Part shown: positions 1 to 8,420 of the stretch, piece after piece | How the letters are laid out: each line of letters starts with the position of its first letter | Position numbering within the stretch: the first letter of the stretch is position 1 | The notes under the pieces: model-generated | Told to the model about the DNA's origin: nothing | Database searches by the model: none | The model's input: the letters and a program-made list of their open reading frames with translations, nothing else | DNA from: a virus | Virus record (IMG/VR): IMGVR_UViG_3300031234_000013 | DNA length: 47,894 nucleotides | Direction: 5' to 3' (one strand) | Program-made: the position numbers and the translations under genes

Positions 1-127
1 TCCTAACTTTGAAGTAGTTAACTTCGAAGATATGTTACATATTTACACAGGATCATTACCTGTAATGTACAGCCACTGGAGTTTTGGAAGACAGTACATA
101 GAGCTTCATAAGCAATATTTAGCTGAT
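1..127. repeat. Terminal overlap copy A: bases 1-127 are identical to 47768-47894 (circular assembly overlap or terminal redundancy)
   Basis: Direct comparison of the first and last 127 bases of the window shows an exact match. Confidence 0.95.
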
Positions 128-1372
128 AGAATGGGCACAGCATATGAGGTTGTGTTCAATACAAATCCATCACTGTGCTATCTGTTAGAGCATAACTCGC
201 CAACAATGCAGGCTTTAGTTCAATGCCATGCCAGTGTAGGACATTCCAGCTTCTTTAAGAATAACATATACTTTAAAGAACATACCAATGCTAATAGCAT
301 TATGCCTTTCCTTAAGAATATGAAGATATTCATAGAAGAGTGTGAACACCAGCATGGTGCTAAGGAAGTAGAAAGCTTATTGGATATGTGTCACGCCTTA
401 TCTTTGTATGCCATTGACCGTAGACCTATTAGGAATAAGACTAATAAGGAGAAGGAGGCAGTTAGGCTAGAGAGAAGTTTAAATAAAGATCGTGATTATG
501 ACCTTACTCAGCAGCTAGGAGATAAGACTACTAAGTCTGCACCAGGATCTGGAAGACTAAGAGAGGAGAACATACTCAAGTTTATTGGTAAGTTCTCTCC
601 AGCACTTAAACAATGGCAAAGAGATATCATAAGTATATACTGTAAGATTCAACAGTACCTGTATCCTCAAATGCTTACAAAGCTAATGAATGAAGGTTTT
701 GCATCTTTCTGGCATCATACACTAATGACAGATTTAGGAGACTTAGGGTACTTAGAGGCAGGTCAGTCTATAGAATTCTTACACAGCCATTGCTCTGTGT
801 TAAAACAACACGACTTTGATAGCAAATACTACAATGGAGTTAATCCATATAAACTTGGATTTGAGATGTTCAAGGATATAAGACGTATATGTGAGAATCC
901 AACAGAAGAAGATAAGGAATGGTTCCCAGGACTTATAGGTAAGAATTGGATTGAAGAAGTTAAATTTGCAGCTTATAATTTCAAGGACGAGAGTTTTATA
1001 GGGCAATACTTAAGCCCTAAACTAATGAGGGATCTTAAGCTGTTCGTGTTGAACGATTCGTGTGATAATAATGAATATGAAATTACTCATATACACGATG
1101 ATGACGGGTACAAGGAAATAAGAAGTAAGCTATCTAAGCAATACCTATTCGGAAACCATATACCAGATATTTATGTAGAAGGTTGGGACTTCAAAAAGAG
1201 AAGAACTTTATACTTAGTAATTCAAGAACATAATGGTGTTGAGATTAAGGATGATGATACTGGGGCATGTAAGAGTGAAGCTGTAATGGATATGATAAAG
1301 AAGTACTGGCCGTTCCCTGTACACATTAAATACATTAAAACTGACGGTGAGGAAATACCTTTTGCGGAATAA
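2..1372 (+). CDS. spoVR: SpoVR/YcgB family protein, 3' part (456 codons). The 5' part is 47649..47767 and the frame is continuous through the overlap (~496 aa in total)
   Basis: Motifs HWSFG, AYEVVFNTNP, PTMQALVQCHASVGHSSFFKNN and NEGFASFWH align with bacterial YcgB/SpoVR. It follows the DUF444 gene as in yeaGH-ycgB clusters. Confidence 0.9.
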   Translation, partial: PNFEVVNFEDMLHIYTGSLPVMYSHWSFGRQYIELHKQYLADRMGTAYEVVFNTNPSLCYLLEHNSPTMQALVQCHASVGHSSFFKNNIYFKEHTNANSIMPFLKNMKIFIEECEHQHGAKEVESLLDMCHALSLYAIDRRPIRNKTNKEKEAVRLERSLNKDRDYDLTQQLGDKTTKSAPGSGRLREENILKFIGKFSPALKQWQRDIISIYCKIQQYLYPQMLTKLMNEGFASFWHHTLMTDLGDLGYLEAGQSIEFLHSHCSVLKQHDFDSKYYNGVNPYKLGFEMFKDIRRICENPTEEDKEWFPGLIGKNWIEEVKFAAYNFKDESFIGQYLSPKLMRDLKLFVLNDSCDNNEYEITHIHDDDGYKEIRSKLSKQYLFGNHIPDIYVEGWDFKKRRTLYLVIQEHNGVEIKDDDTGACKSEAVMDMIKKYWPFPVHIKYIKTDGEEIPFAE

Positions 1373-1964
1373 ACTTAAGCATACTATAAAGAGAGTTGCG
1401 TATAGGACGTTAGAAGCTACATTCATGGCAACAGTAATATTTGTACTACTTAGTGCTAACAAAGCCCATGCCGGTTCTTATGTGGCCCCTACAGCTATGT
1501 TTGAGTCTGACGATGAGGCATGGGTAAACTTAGAATTACGTATGCTACATGATAAGGATAATACTATAGTAGTTGCTATAGACGGAGAAGGAGGATATAA
1601 CGACACTGCTGATGCGTTTATTAAAGTAGTTAAGATGTTACATGCAGAAGGTAAGACAGTTGACTTTGTAGTTACTACAGAAGCTGTTAGTAACCATGCA
1701 AGAATAGCTTGTTATGCTGATTCTGTTAAGATAGTAGGTAGGGGAAAATTAGTATTCCATGACTCTTTTAACATAGACGAATCAAAGAGCCAAGGACATA
1801 AAGTATACGATAATGATGAAACAACCACATCACTATTCCAACAGTGCGTTACAAAGGGGCTATTAAGTCAATCAGACGTGTTCACAATAACAGTTCTTCA
1901 TAAGAGAATTGAAGAGTATAGAAACTTACAAAAGGTAGTTCTTGACGACTGGAAGGGGTGGTAG
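1347..1964 (+). CDS. ClpP/S14-like (crotonase-fold) serine peptidase homolog with an N-terminal signal-peptide-like segment. The start is uncertain (ATG 1347 or ATG 1425)
   Basis: VAIDGEGGY..(27 aa)..AVSNHA..(20 aa)..LVFHDS mirrors the ClpP pattern INSPGG..SM(G/A)..IHQP. It is a paralog of 38410..38985. The hydrophobic stretch ends in AHA-G. Confidence 0.6.
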   Translation: MRKYLLRNKLKHTIKRVAYRTLEATFMATVIFVLLSANKAHAGSYVAPTAMFESDDEAWVNLELRMLHDKDNTIVVAIDGEGGYNDTADAFIKVVKMLHAEGKTVDFVVTTEAVSNHARIACYADSVKIVGRGKLVFHDSFNIDESKSQGHKVYDNDETTTSLFQQCVTKGLLSQSDVFTITVLHKRIEEYRNLQKVVLDDWKGW

Positions 1965-1965
1965 T

Positions 1966-2073
1966 ATGTCTAAAACAACATTACACAATTTTGCATGTAT
2001 AGTTATAGTAGCATTTTCATGTACTTTGTGCGCAGTATTAATAGATTTTTTAATTAAATACGGTAATCAATAA
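1966..2073 (+). CDS. 35-aa hydrophobic peptide
   Basis: Strong SD (GGAAGGGGTGG) before the ATG. TAATG overlap with the next ORF. One predicted TM stretch. Confidence 0.35.
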   Translation: MSKTTLHNFACIVIVAFSCTLCAVLIDFLIKYGNQ

Positions 2074-2258
2074 TGATTAAATTACTATTTCCTATAAGAC
2101 ATGAGACTACAAGTCAAGGAAGTGACATGTACTATGTTAGTTTAGACACTAGTTTATATATAAATTTCGATAAAAAGGAATATGTAGATCAATATCCTAC
2201 TTTAAAATCTATAAAAGTTTCAATACTAGGGTTTGGCTTTAGGGCGAATAACTCATGA
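2073..2258 (+). CDS. Hypothetical protein (61 aa)
   Basis: ORF track entry. Start/stop overlaps with both neighbours. Confidence 0.45.
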   Translation: MIKLLFPIRHETTSQGSDMYYVSLDTSLYINFDKKEYVDQYPTLKSIKVSILGFGFRANNS

Positions 2259-2524
2259 AAATGCAATATAAATTATTAACTGTATCGGGCAGTGAGGGTG
2301 CATGTGTGTCATGCAATACACCTTATAGGTTAACTAAAGTTAGTAGTGATAGAGATCATAGAGAAAATGACATATTCGAGATTATGCACACATGTAGGCA
2401 CATAAATAGACCACAGGTAACTAGGAGATTTATAGAAGATGTATGTCTATATATAATAGAACCGGTTAGGGCACGAAGACTTACGCTATTTAAGAAGTGG
2501 AAAAATAGACAAAGAGGTAAATAA
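2255..2524 (+). CDS. Hypothetical Cys/His-containing basic protein (89 aa)
   Basis: ORF track entry. ATGA overlap with the upstream ORF. CxxC plus HTCRH residues. Confidence 0.5.
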   Translation: MKMQYKLLTVSGSEGACVSCNTPYRLTKVSSDRDHRENDIFEIMHTCRHINRPQVTRRFIEDVCLYIIEPVRARRLTLFKKWKNRQRGK

Positions 2525-2525
2525 C

Positions 2526-3401
2526 TTGCAGACGTTACTAATAGATGGTGATATTATATTATATCAAGTAGCATTTGCTATGGAAAAGCCTATGTATGTG
2601 TGTAAAAATGCTATATATAAGAATAAAGGAAAAGCAGACGCTGCTAGTATTAAAAACGGATTTCCTGTAACTAAGCGTGTAGTCCTGGGTACAGAAAAAC
2701 ACTTAAGGGCTAAGTTGGATGCAACACTTAATACATTATTTAAAGAATGTGGTACTAAAAACTATAAATTATTCCTAACTTTTAACGAATTAAGCCCTAA
2801 TTATAGGTTAAAGTTAGCAACTATACTACCATATAAAGGAAATCGTGTTGGAAGCGTTAAGCCACAACACTATAAAAGATTGAAGGAAATATTAGTAAAC
2901 GAGTATAGAGCTATTAAGGTAGAAGGCCAGGAAGCAGATGATTCACTTACTATACACCAAATGGAATCTTTTAGGACTACTGGAAGTTATGAGCGTACAA
3001 TAATATGCTCACTAGATAAAGACTTTAAAATGGTTCCAGGACTACACTACCACCTAACAAGTAAGGTAATATCACTAGTAACTGAAGATGAAGCTATGAT
3101 TAGTTTCTACAGGCAGATACTTATAGGGGATGCTGGTGATAATATACCAGGACTTACTAAGACTCTTAGACTGCAAGGGCGTGTAGAAGAAGCTGATAAA
3201 CTAACACACACACACTATTTAAAGCATTTTAATGAGATTATAGTTGACATGAAACCTGATGATGTGTATAATCATGTATTAGGAATGTATGAAGCCTATG
3301 GATATTCAGATAAGGAATTTCTAGAGATTGGTAACCTATTGTGGTTGAGACGTCACCCAGGACAAATCTGGAGTGAAGATAAAAAGAGAGGTTTAGTATG
3401 A
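2526..3401 (+). CDS. 5'-3' exonuclease / flap endonuclease (PIN-like, PolA N-terminal type). TTG start
   Basis: LLIDGD, GQEADDS, LDKDF and LIGDAGDNIPGL motifs typical of FEN/5'-3' exonucleases. Confidence 0.85.
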   Translation: MQTLLIDGDIILYQVAFAMEKPMYVCKNAIYKNKGKADAASIKNGFPVTKRVVLGTEKHLRAKLDATLNTLFKECGTKNYKLFLTFNELSPNYRLKLATILPYKGNRVGSVKPQHYKRLKEILVNEYRAIKVEGQEADDSLTIHQMESFRTTGSYERTIICSLDKDFKMVPGLHYHLTSKVISLVTEDEAMISFYRQILIGDAGDNIPGLTKTLRLQGRVEEADKLTHTHYLKHFNEIIVDMKPDDVYNHVLGMYEAYGYSDKEFLEIGNLLWLRRHPGQIWSEDKKRGLV

Positions 3402-3616
3402 CATTATTGCAACTTAATCCTTCAATACCAGTACAGACTCCTAAAGGTCATGGACTTGCCATATTTGTAAATGAACTTAGTGAAGAGCACAATATGCTAT
3501 GGACAGTAATTATAGATGAAACTTCAGAAATATGGACGTTTCAAAACCCCCAGATTAGGGGGTCTAAGAACATTACATTTGGACGATTAAGTCAATACCC
3601 TAAGAAGGAAGTGTAA
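3398..3616 (+). CDS. Hypothetical protein (72 aa)
   Basis: ORF track entry, overlap-coupled on both sides. Confidence 0.55.
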   Translation: MTLLQLNPSIPVQTPKGHGLAIFVNELSEEHNMLWTVIIDETSEIWTFQNPQIRGSKNITFGRLSQYPKKEV

Positions 3617-4260
3617 TGGTTAAAATAGTTGCTATATCAGACACACACATGGCACATAGAGACCTTTATAGACTAGTTAAGGGAGACATATTAGTACACT
3701 GTGGAGACTTAACACATAGAGGAAGATCACATGAATATGCAGATGTATTAGAGTTCTTTAGACTACACTGTGCAAGATATAAGCATGTAATATTTATAGC
3801 GGGTAACCACGATTTTGGGTGTAAAGAGTACATGGATAACATGTTACAATGTGGAATGTTCCCAGATAATCTTCATTACCTACATAATGAAAGTAAGGAA
3901 ATAATGGGTATAAAGTTTTTTGGAAGCCCTAACACACCTCCATTTTATGACTGGGCATATATGAGTAATGAGGGAGAACTGTCAAATATATACAGTCTTA
4001 TACCTAAAGATACTCAAGTTCTAATAACCCATGGGCCTGCATTTGGCATATTAGATGTAGAAAGTAGGAACGGTGAGCATTGTGGCAGCACTTCATTACT
4101 AAGAGCAATAGTTGACCTGGACAACTTAAAACATCACCTATTTGGACATATACATGCCTCCAATGGACAACAAGAATCACAAAACGTTACATTTAGTAAC
4201 TGCTCTGTTCTCGATGATAATTATGATATGAAATTTAAACCTACAGTTATTAAGGTATAA
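3616..4260 (+). CDS. Calcineurin-like metallophosphoesterase, MPPED/239FB-like subfamily
   Basis: ISDTH, GDILVHCGDLT, IAGNHD, LITHGP, HCGS and FGHIH motifs in the canonical order. Confidence 0.85.
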   Translation: MVKIVAISDTHMAHRDLYRLVKGDILVHCGDLTHRGRSHEYADVLEFFRLHCARYKHVIFIAGNHDFGCKEYMDNMLQCGMFPDNLHYLHNESKEIMGIKFFGSPNTPPFYDWAYMSNEGELSNIYSLIPKDTQVLITHGPAFGILDVESRNGEHCGSTSLLRAIVDLDNLKHHLFGHIHASNGQQESQNVTFSNCSVLDDNYDMKFKPTVIKV

Positions 4261-4264
4261 TAAA

Positions 4265-4588
4265 ATGTCGTCATGGGAAGAGTTTTTAGCTAATCAAATA
4301 TTTGAAGCTAAATTACCAGAACCAGTTAGGGAGTATAGGTTCCATAAGACTAGAAGATTCAGATTTGATTTTGCGTGGTTAGAACATAAATTTGCAGTAG
4401 AGGTTCACGGACAGGTATGGGGTAGAGGTGGGCACACATCTGGAGCAGGGTTCACTAAGGATAGGCAGAAAATTAACTTAGCTATATTAGATGGCTGGAA
4501 GGTAATGGAGATGACCACAGGTCAGGTTGGAGACTGTTTAGCGATAGGATGGATAAAAGAATATTTTGATAAGTTTGTGGAGAAATAA
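4265..4588 (+). CDS. Small PD-(D/E)xK-type endonuclease (Vsr/DUF559-like)
   Basis: RFDFAW..AVEVHG core resembles the D..E-x-K/H nuclease motif. Size and context fit. Confidence 0.55.
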   Translation: MSSWEEFLANQIFEAKLPEPVREYRFHKTRRFRFDFAWLEHKFAVEVHGQVWGRGGHTSGAGFTKDRQKINLAILDGWKVMEMTTGQVGDCLAIGWIKEYFDKFVEK

Positions 4589-4591
4589 TAT

Positions 4592-4753
4592 ATGATGGAA
4601 TGTTTTTGTAATGAGTGCAACGGAGTACCTATGACTGACTTAGAGACAATAGAAAGATTAACATTAGAGACTGTTAAGTCTTTAGTATTGGATATTAAGG
4701 ATTTAGAGTTAAGAGTGTCACAGTTAGAAGACTTTTTAAATGGTAATACATAA
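4592..4753 (+). CDS. 53-aa protein (CxxC N-terminus, coiled-coil-like tail)
   Basis: GGAG SD ~10 nt upstream. Below the 60-aa track cutoff, read manually. Confidence 0.4.
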   Translation: MMECFCNECNGVPMTDLETIERLTLETVKSLVLDIKDLELRVSQLEDFLNGNT

Positions 4754-4899
4754 TGCTAATACCGTGGAAGTGGGAAAGACTAGATGGAGAGACCTGTAGA
4801 TATAAAGTAATTAATGGGTGGATAGTACTTCATTGGAATATGGCTGGTGAGCATACTTCAGTATTTGTACCTGACGAACAACATATATGGAAAATATAA
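4753..4899 (+). CDS. 48-aa Trp-rich protein
   Basis: TAATG overlap with the upstream ORF. Read manually. Confidence 0.35.
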   Translation: MLIPWKWERLDGETCRYKVINGWIVLHWNMAGEHTSVFVPDEQHIWKI

Positions 4900-4903
4900 T
4901 TAA

Positions 4904-5206
4904 ATGCGAAAACCTGTAATTGTTGGAAAGGCCTTTCAGGAGCAATTAGCATCACAAATAAGGTGGTGGTTTGATCCTATTAATGATGCTAATATTGCGA
5001 AAATAATCGAAGAAAATAAAAGAGTAAGAGCAGAGAAATTATCTCAAGGTTATATTCTAGAAAGTGGTGGCGCATATTATACAGAACAGGATATATTAGA
5101 CGGTAAAACAGGGTTAAATGGAACACTATATCATCTAGGCTATAGAGCACTTGATAATGGTAAATGGCGTAAGGCTACTGAAGAAGAACTAAAGGAAGCA
5201 CAATAA
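4904..5206 (+). CDS. Hypothetical protein (100 aa)
   Basis: ORF track entry, tight packing. Confidence 0.55.
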   Translation: MRKPVIVGKAFQEQLASQIRWWFDPINDANIAKIIEENKRVRAEKLSQGYILESGGAYYTEQDILDGKTGLNGTLYHLGYRALDNGKWRKATEEELKEAQ

Positions 5207-6001
5207 ATGAGAAATTCTACCTTAATAAAGAAAAGTATAGATTCTGGCATAGTGTACGGAACAGTGGACATAGAAAACTGTCCTGCTATAGTGGCTGGTT
5301 GGGGACTATTTGATCAGAACTTTGGAATGGATCAGATACTAACAACTCCTAAAATTACATCAATATCGTACATGAAGGAAACAGATAGTAAGCCTACTAC
5401 ATTAGGGTGGACGTTCAATGAAGATGCGAAGGGTAGTGATACGTCTTTGTTATTAAAGTTCAGCGAATGGGTTAAGGATGTAGATGTTATTATAGGACAG
5501 AATACAGATGCTTTTGATATAAAAATGATTAATTGGCGTATTAACGAATTAGGCCTACCACCTATTGAGTGGCCACAGTTCTCATTAGATATTCTTAAGT
5601 TGAGCCGTAAGGTGTTCAGACCACTATCACATAAATTAGACTTTAGAAGTAGAACTTATGGATTTGGAGGTAAGATAGATCAGACAATGAAACAGATTAT
5701 GAAAGTAATGGATGGAGATGAGAAAGAACAGGCCGAACGTATGCGTTATAACGCTAAGGACGTATTGGACACTCGTAAGGTGTTCTGGAGGGAGGTAGAT
5801 TCATACAAGCTTCCTGTAGCTTTTGTTAAGCACTTAGAACGTATTATAAAGGGTGATAAGCCGTTCTGTAAACACTGTCAGTTTAATAAGAAGAACAAGT
5901 TTGATATAACACAGTTCAGAGTTAAACTTAAGGATACAAAGAACTACAAGTTTAGATACCAATGCAACAGATGTGACTATATATGGGATTCTAAGAAATG
6001 A
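5207..6001 (+). CDS. DEDD (DnaQ-like) 3'-5' exonuclease with a C-terminal CxxC..CxxC zinc ribbon
   Basis: DIEN (Exo I), GQNTDAFDIKM (Exo II), YNAKDV (Exo III), CKHC..CNRC. Confidence 0.7.
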   Translation: MRNSTLIKKSIDSGIVYGTVDIENCPAIVAGWGLFDQNFGMDQILTTPKITSISYMKETDSKPTTLGWTFNEDAKGSDTSLLLKFSEWVKDVDVIIGQNTDAFDIKMINWRINELGLPPIEWPQFSLDILKLSRKVFRPLSHKLDFRSRTYGFGGKIDQTMKQIMKVMDGDEKEQAERMRYNAKDVLDTRKVFWREVDSYKLPVAFVKHLERIIKGDKPFCKHCQFNKKNKFDITQFRVKLKDTKNYKFRYQCNRCDYIWDSKK

Positions 6002-6291
6002 GAGAAATTAAATTTAGACAATGGCACTATAATAGATTTATTTACCACGATTTATTAGCAGAGTATGAAATTTATTTACCTGCAGATGAACCTATATTAC
6101 AACAATACACCGGACTTAAAGATAAGAATGGGATTGAAATTTATGAGGGAGATATAATCAGATTACAGGATTATGATGAATTTACTATTATAAATGTTTT
6201 ATGGAAACAAAATATAGCAGGGTTTAATATTTCTAATAAATATGACACTGTTGTTATAGGTAACATATACGAAAATCAGGAACTATTGTAA
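5998..6291 (+). CDS. YopX family protein
   Basis: IKFRQW, QYTGLKDKNGIEIYEGDII and GNIYENQELL are characteristic of YopX. Confidence 0.8.
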   Translation: MREIKFRQWHYNRFIYHDLLAEYEIYLPADEPILQQYTGLKDKNGIEIYEGDIIRLQDYDEFTIINVLWKQNIAGFNISNKYDTVVIGNIYENQELL

Positions 6292-6581
6292 TGAAAAACT
6301 ACCGTATTATAGAAAAGAAAGGTGAAATAAAAACTATACAATATCCAGATAGTCCTAATGGTTGTTATGGGCATTATTGTTGTTCATGTGGTGAGATTGA
6401 AGAGGTATATATTGCTAGATATATTGTTCAACAAAAATTACCAACTCACTATTCGGGAAACGGGTTAGTTCCTATAGATAATCAATATATGTATAAGGAC
6501 CTCAAAGAGTTTAATAATCTAAACGAAGCTAAAAAATTTAAAAGAGATTTAGACCTTGAAACGGGGATTATAATTGAATGA
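6291..6581 (+). CDS. Hypothetical protein (96 aa)
   Basis: ORF track entry, overlap-coupled. Confidence 0.55.
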   Translation: MKNYRIIEKKGEIKTIQYPDSPNGCYGHYCCSCGEIEEVYIARYIVQQKLPTHYSGNGLVPIDNQYMYKDLKEFNNLNEAKKFKRDLDLETGIIIE

Positions 6582-6982
6582 AAACCCTTAAACGCAATGG
6601 CTGCTATTACTTTGATAACTCAGATAGTGTCTTCTTTGACGTAGATGACACTCTAGTAATATGGGATCACACAGATGAAAACGGTAACCACCATAGGAAT
6701 TCTATTGCGTTTAATGATCCTAATATTGGTAATCACACCGTATATCTATTGCCTCACAGGACACATATCAACACTCTTATACGTAACCATGGTCGCGGTA
6801 AACATATTATCGTTTGGTCTGCTGCTGGAGCTAGATGGGCGTTAGAAGTTGTTGAAAAGTTAGGACTACAGCAGTATGTAACACTAGTTATGGAGAAGCC
6901 AGTGTGCTATGTAGACGACAGTCCAATGGAGAATTGGAAGCCTAAGAGGATTTATATACCACATGACGTGGAGGGTAAATAA
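6578..6982 (+). CDS. HAD-superfamily-like phosphatase (small)
   Basis: FFDVDDTLV (DxDxT motif I), VWSAAG (motif II-like) and a late YVDD. Confidence 0.55.
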   Translation: MKTLKRNGCYYFDNSDSVFFDVDDTLVIWDHTDENGNHHRNSIAFNDPNIGNHTVYLLPHRTHINTLIRNHGRGKHIIVWSAAGARWALEVVEKLGLQQYVTLVMEKPVCYVDDSPMENWKPKRIYIPHDVEGK

Positions 6983-7163
6983 CATGCAAAAAGAATTAAA
7001 ATATATTCATAATCAAGAATTATATGCTGAGGAGTTAAATAAATACTCAGGTTTTAATGGTAGATGGTCTAAGGTGGAATTGATACTTAGACAGAAGCAT
7101 CGTAAATTCCTAATAGAGATAATAGATTATTTAGAACAAATAAATAATGAGGAGTTAGAGTAA
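6963..7163 (+). CDS. Hypothetical protein (66 aa)
   Basis: ORF track entry. Confidence 0.45.
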   Translation: MTWRVNNMQKELKYIHNQELYAEELNKYSGFNGRWSKVELILRQKHRKFLIEIIDYLEQINNEELE

Positions 7164-7534
7164 TGCCCGAGTTTATTGCCCATGATCCATCATTAAGTTG
7201 TCCATATACTGACTGTATAGTTCCAGGATGCACAGAGGTTAAAGTATTAGATTTACAAAGACTTCGTTATGACCTTATGCCTGTCGAATTTGATGACGTA
7301 GTACAGGTGTTACAACATTCAGCACATTCAGGTAAGTATGGTGAGAATGATTGGTTAAATGGTGTTAACTTCGAACCAGAGAAGAACCTAGCATCTATTA
7401 AGCGTCATATTAGAGATTATAGGTTAGGCAATAGAGCTGATAAAGATAATGGACTACACCCCATGTTAATGGTTGCGTGTAGAGCATTAATGCAGTATAC
7501 ACTAGATGTAAGGAGTGAAAAAGATGTTAGATAA
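7163..7534 (+). CDS. Possible all-alpha dNTP pyrophosphohydrolase (DUF5664/MazG-like)
   Basis: GKYGENDW..ASIKRHIRDY..DNGLHPMLMVACRALM resembles the phage dATP/dGTP diphosphohydrolase family. Confidence 0.5.
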   Translation: MPEFIAHDPSLSCPYTDCIVPGCTEVKVLDLQRLRYDLMPVEFDDVVQVLQHSAHSGKYGENDWLNGVNFEPEKNLASIKRHIRDYRLGNRADKDNGLHPMLMVACRALMQYTLDVRSEKDVR

Positions 7535-7691
7535 CATGAGTATGGATGGTAGATATGATTATCAATCACTATTATTATTACATACAATAGTTAATTACAC
7601 TATTAATTACAAACCTAATACATTACAGTATAGTATACATAACCATTTTGAAACAGTGAAGGCACTAATAGGAGACAGTGATGTTAGATAA
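7524..7691 (+). CDS. 55-aa protein bracketed by identical 12-nt junctions
   Basis: AAGGAG SD 8 nt upstream. It begins and ends inside the repeated GATGTTAGATAA. Confidence 0.4.
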   Translation: MLDNMSMDGRYDYQSLLLLHTIVNYTINYKPNTLQYSIHNHFETVKALIGDSDVR

Positions 7692-7851
7692 AACAGGTAA
7701 AGACTTAGAAATGCTGGCTTCCACAGTAATTAGAGTGTACTTTGAGTCAGCTTTAGACTTAAAAGATTCGAAAGGTGATAGAGTAATGGTTACGTGGCTG
7801 GAAGCCAAGGACATATTGGTACAGGTATTAAAGAAACAACAAATCATTTAA
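7681..7851 (+). CDS. 56-aa protein
   Basis: GGAGA SD. It displaces the antisense 60-aa track ORF 7665..7847. Confidence 0.45.
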   Translation: MLDKTGKDLEMLASTVIRVYFESALDLKDSKGDRVMVTWLEAKDILVQVLKKQQII

Positions 7852-7867
7852 TTAGAGGATTCAAACT

Positions 7868-8032
7868 ATGTTAGTATTTTTCTTAGGTGTGGTAGTAGGT
7901 GTTGTATTGTCAAATGTAAAGAATATCATTTTTGCAGTTAAAGCTGCTCACAGGGCTACAGTGTCACAGGAACCATCACCCACAGTGGTTTCGGCTCCAT
8001 TACAGACTACACCTCCTAAGGTGGCAGAGTAG
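7868..8032 (+). CDS. 54-aa membrane protein
   Basis: AGAGGA SD. N-terminal TM (LVFFLGVVVGVVL). Confidence 0.45.
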   Translation: MLVFFLGVVVGVVLSNVKNIIFAVKAAHRATVSQEPSPTVVSAPLQTTPPKVAE

Positions 8033-8038
8033 TCCTAT

Positions 8039-8140
8039 ATGATTTCCCTATGTCTAATAGTAATTTTATTAATGATATGGGGAATTGTTGAGAGTTTTAG
8101 AGTTATTGTATCTACTGTTATAAAGGTGTTAGATAAGTAA
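8039..8140 (+). CDS. 33-aa hydrophobic peptide
   Basis: Last small ORF before the terminator. Weak SD. Confidence 0.3.
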   Translation: MISLCLIVILLMIWGIVESFRVIVSTVIKVLDK

Positions 8141-8152
8141 ATTTTAGTTAAT

Positions 8153-8191
8153 AAAAACCCCTATTAGATTTCTCTTTTAGGGGTATTTTTT
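8153..8191. terminator. Bidirectional intrinsic terminator between the convergent arms
   Basis: ACCCCTA (8157-8163) pairs with TAGGGGT (8178-8184). It is flanked by an A-run upstream and a T-run downstream, so both strands read hairpin plus U-tract. Confidence 0.8.
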
Positions 8192-8207
8192 CGTCTTAGT
8201 GTATGTA

Positions 8208-8420
8208 TTACTTATGTAACACTCCTGTAATTCCTGCGCCATATGCTGCAATAGCTATTAGTAATATAACTACAGCCTTACTTATCAGACTGAATAATCC
8301 ACTTCCTATATTAGTATATAACTTACTTTCTAATTTCTTACACACCTTATCAACAATAAGGTCTATGTCGTCGTTACTCAATACAATATGCTGCGGATTG
8401 CTTGGTTCCTCCAGTGCCAT
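8208..8420 (-). CDS. 70-aa C-terminally membrane-anchored protein next to the endolysin (lysis accessory?)
   Basis: TM stretch AVVILLIAIAAYGAGITGVL. Start overlaps the endolysin stop. Confidence 0.55.
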   Translation of the reverse strand: MALEEPSNPQHIVLSNDDIDLIVDKVCKKLESKLYTNIGSGLFSLISKAVVILLIAIAAYGAGITGVLHK

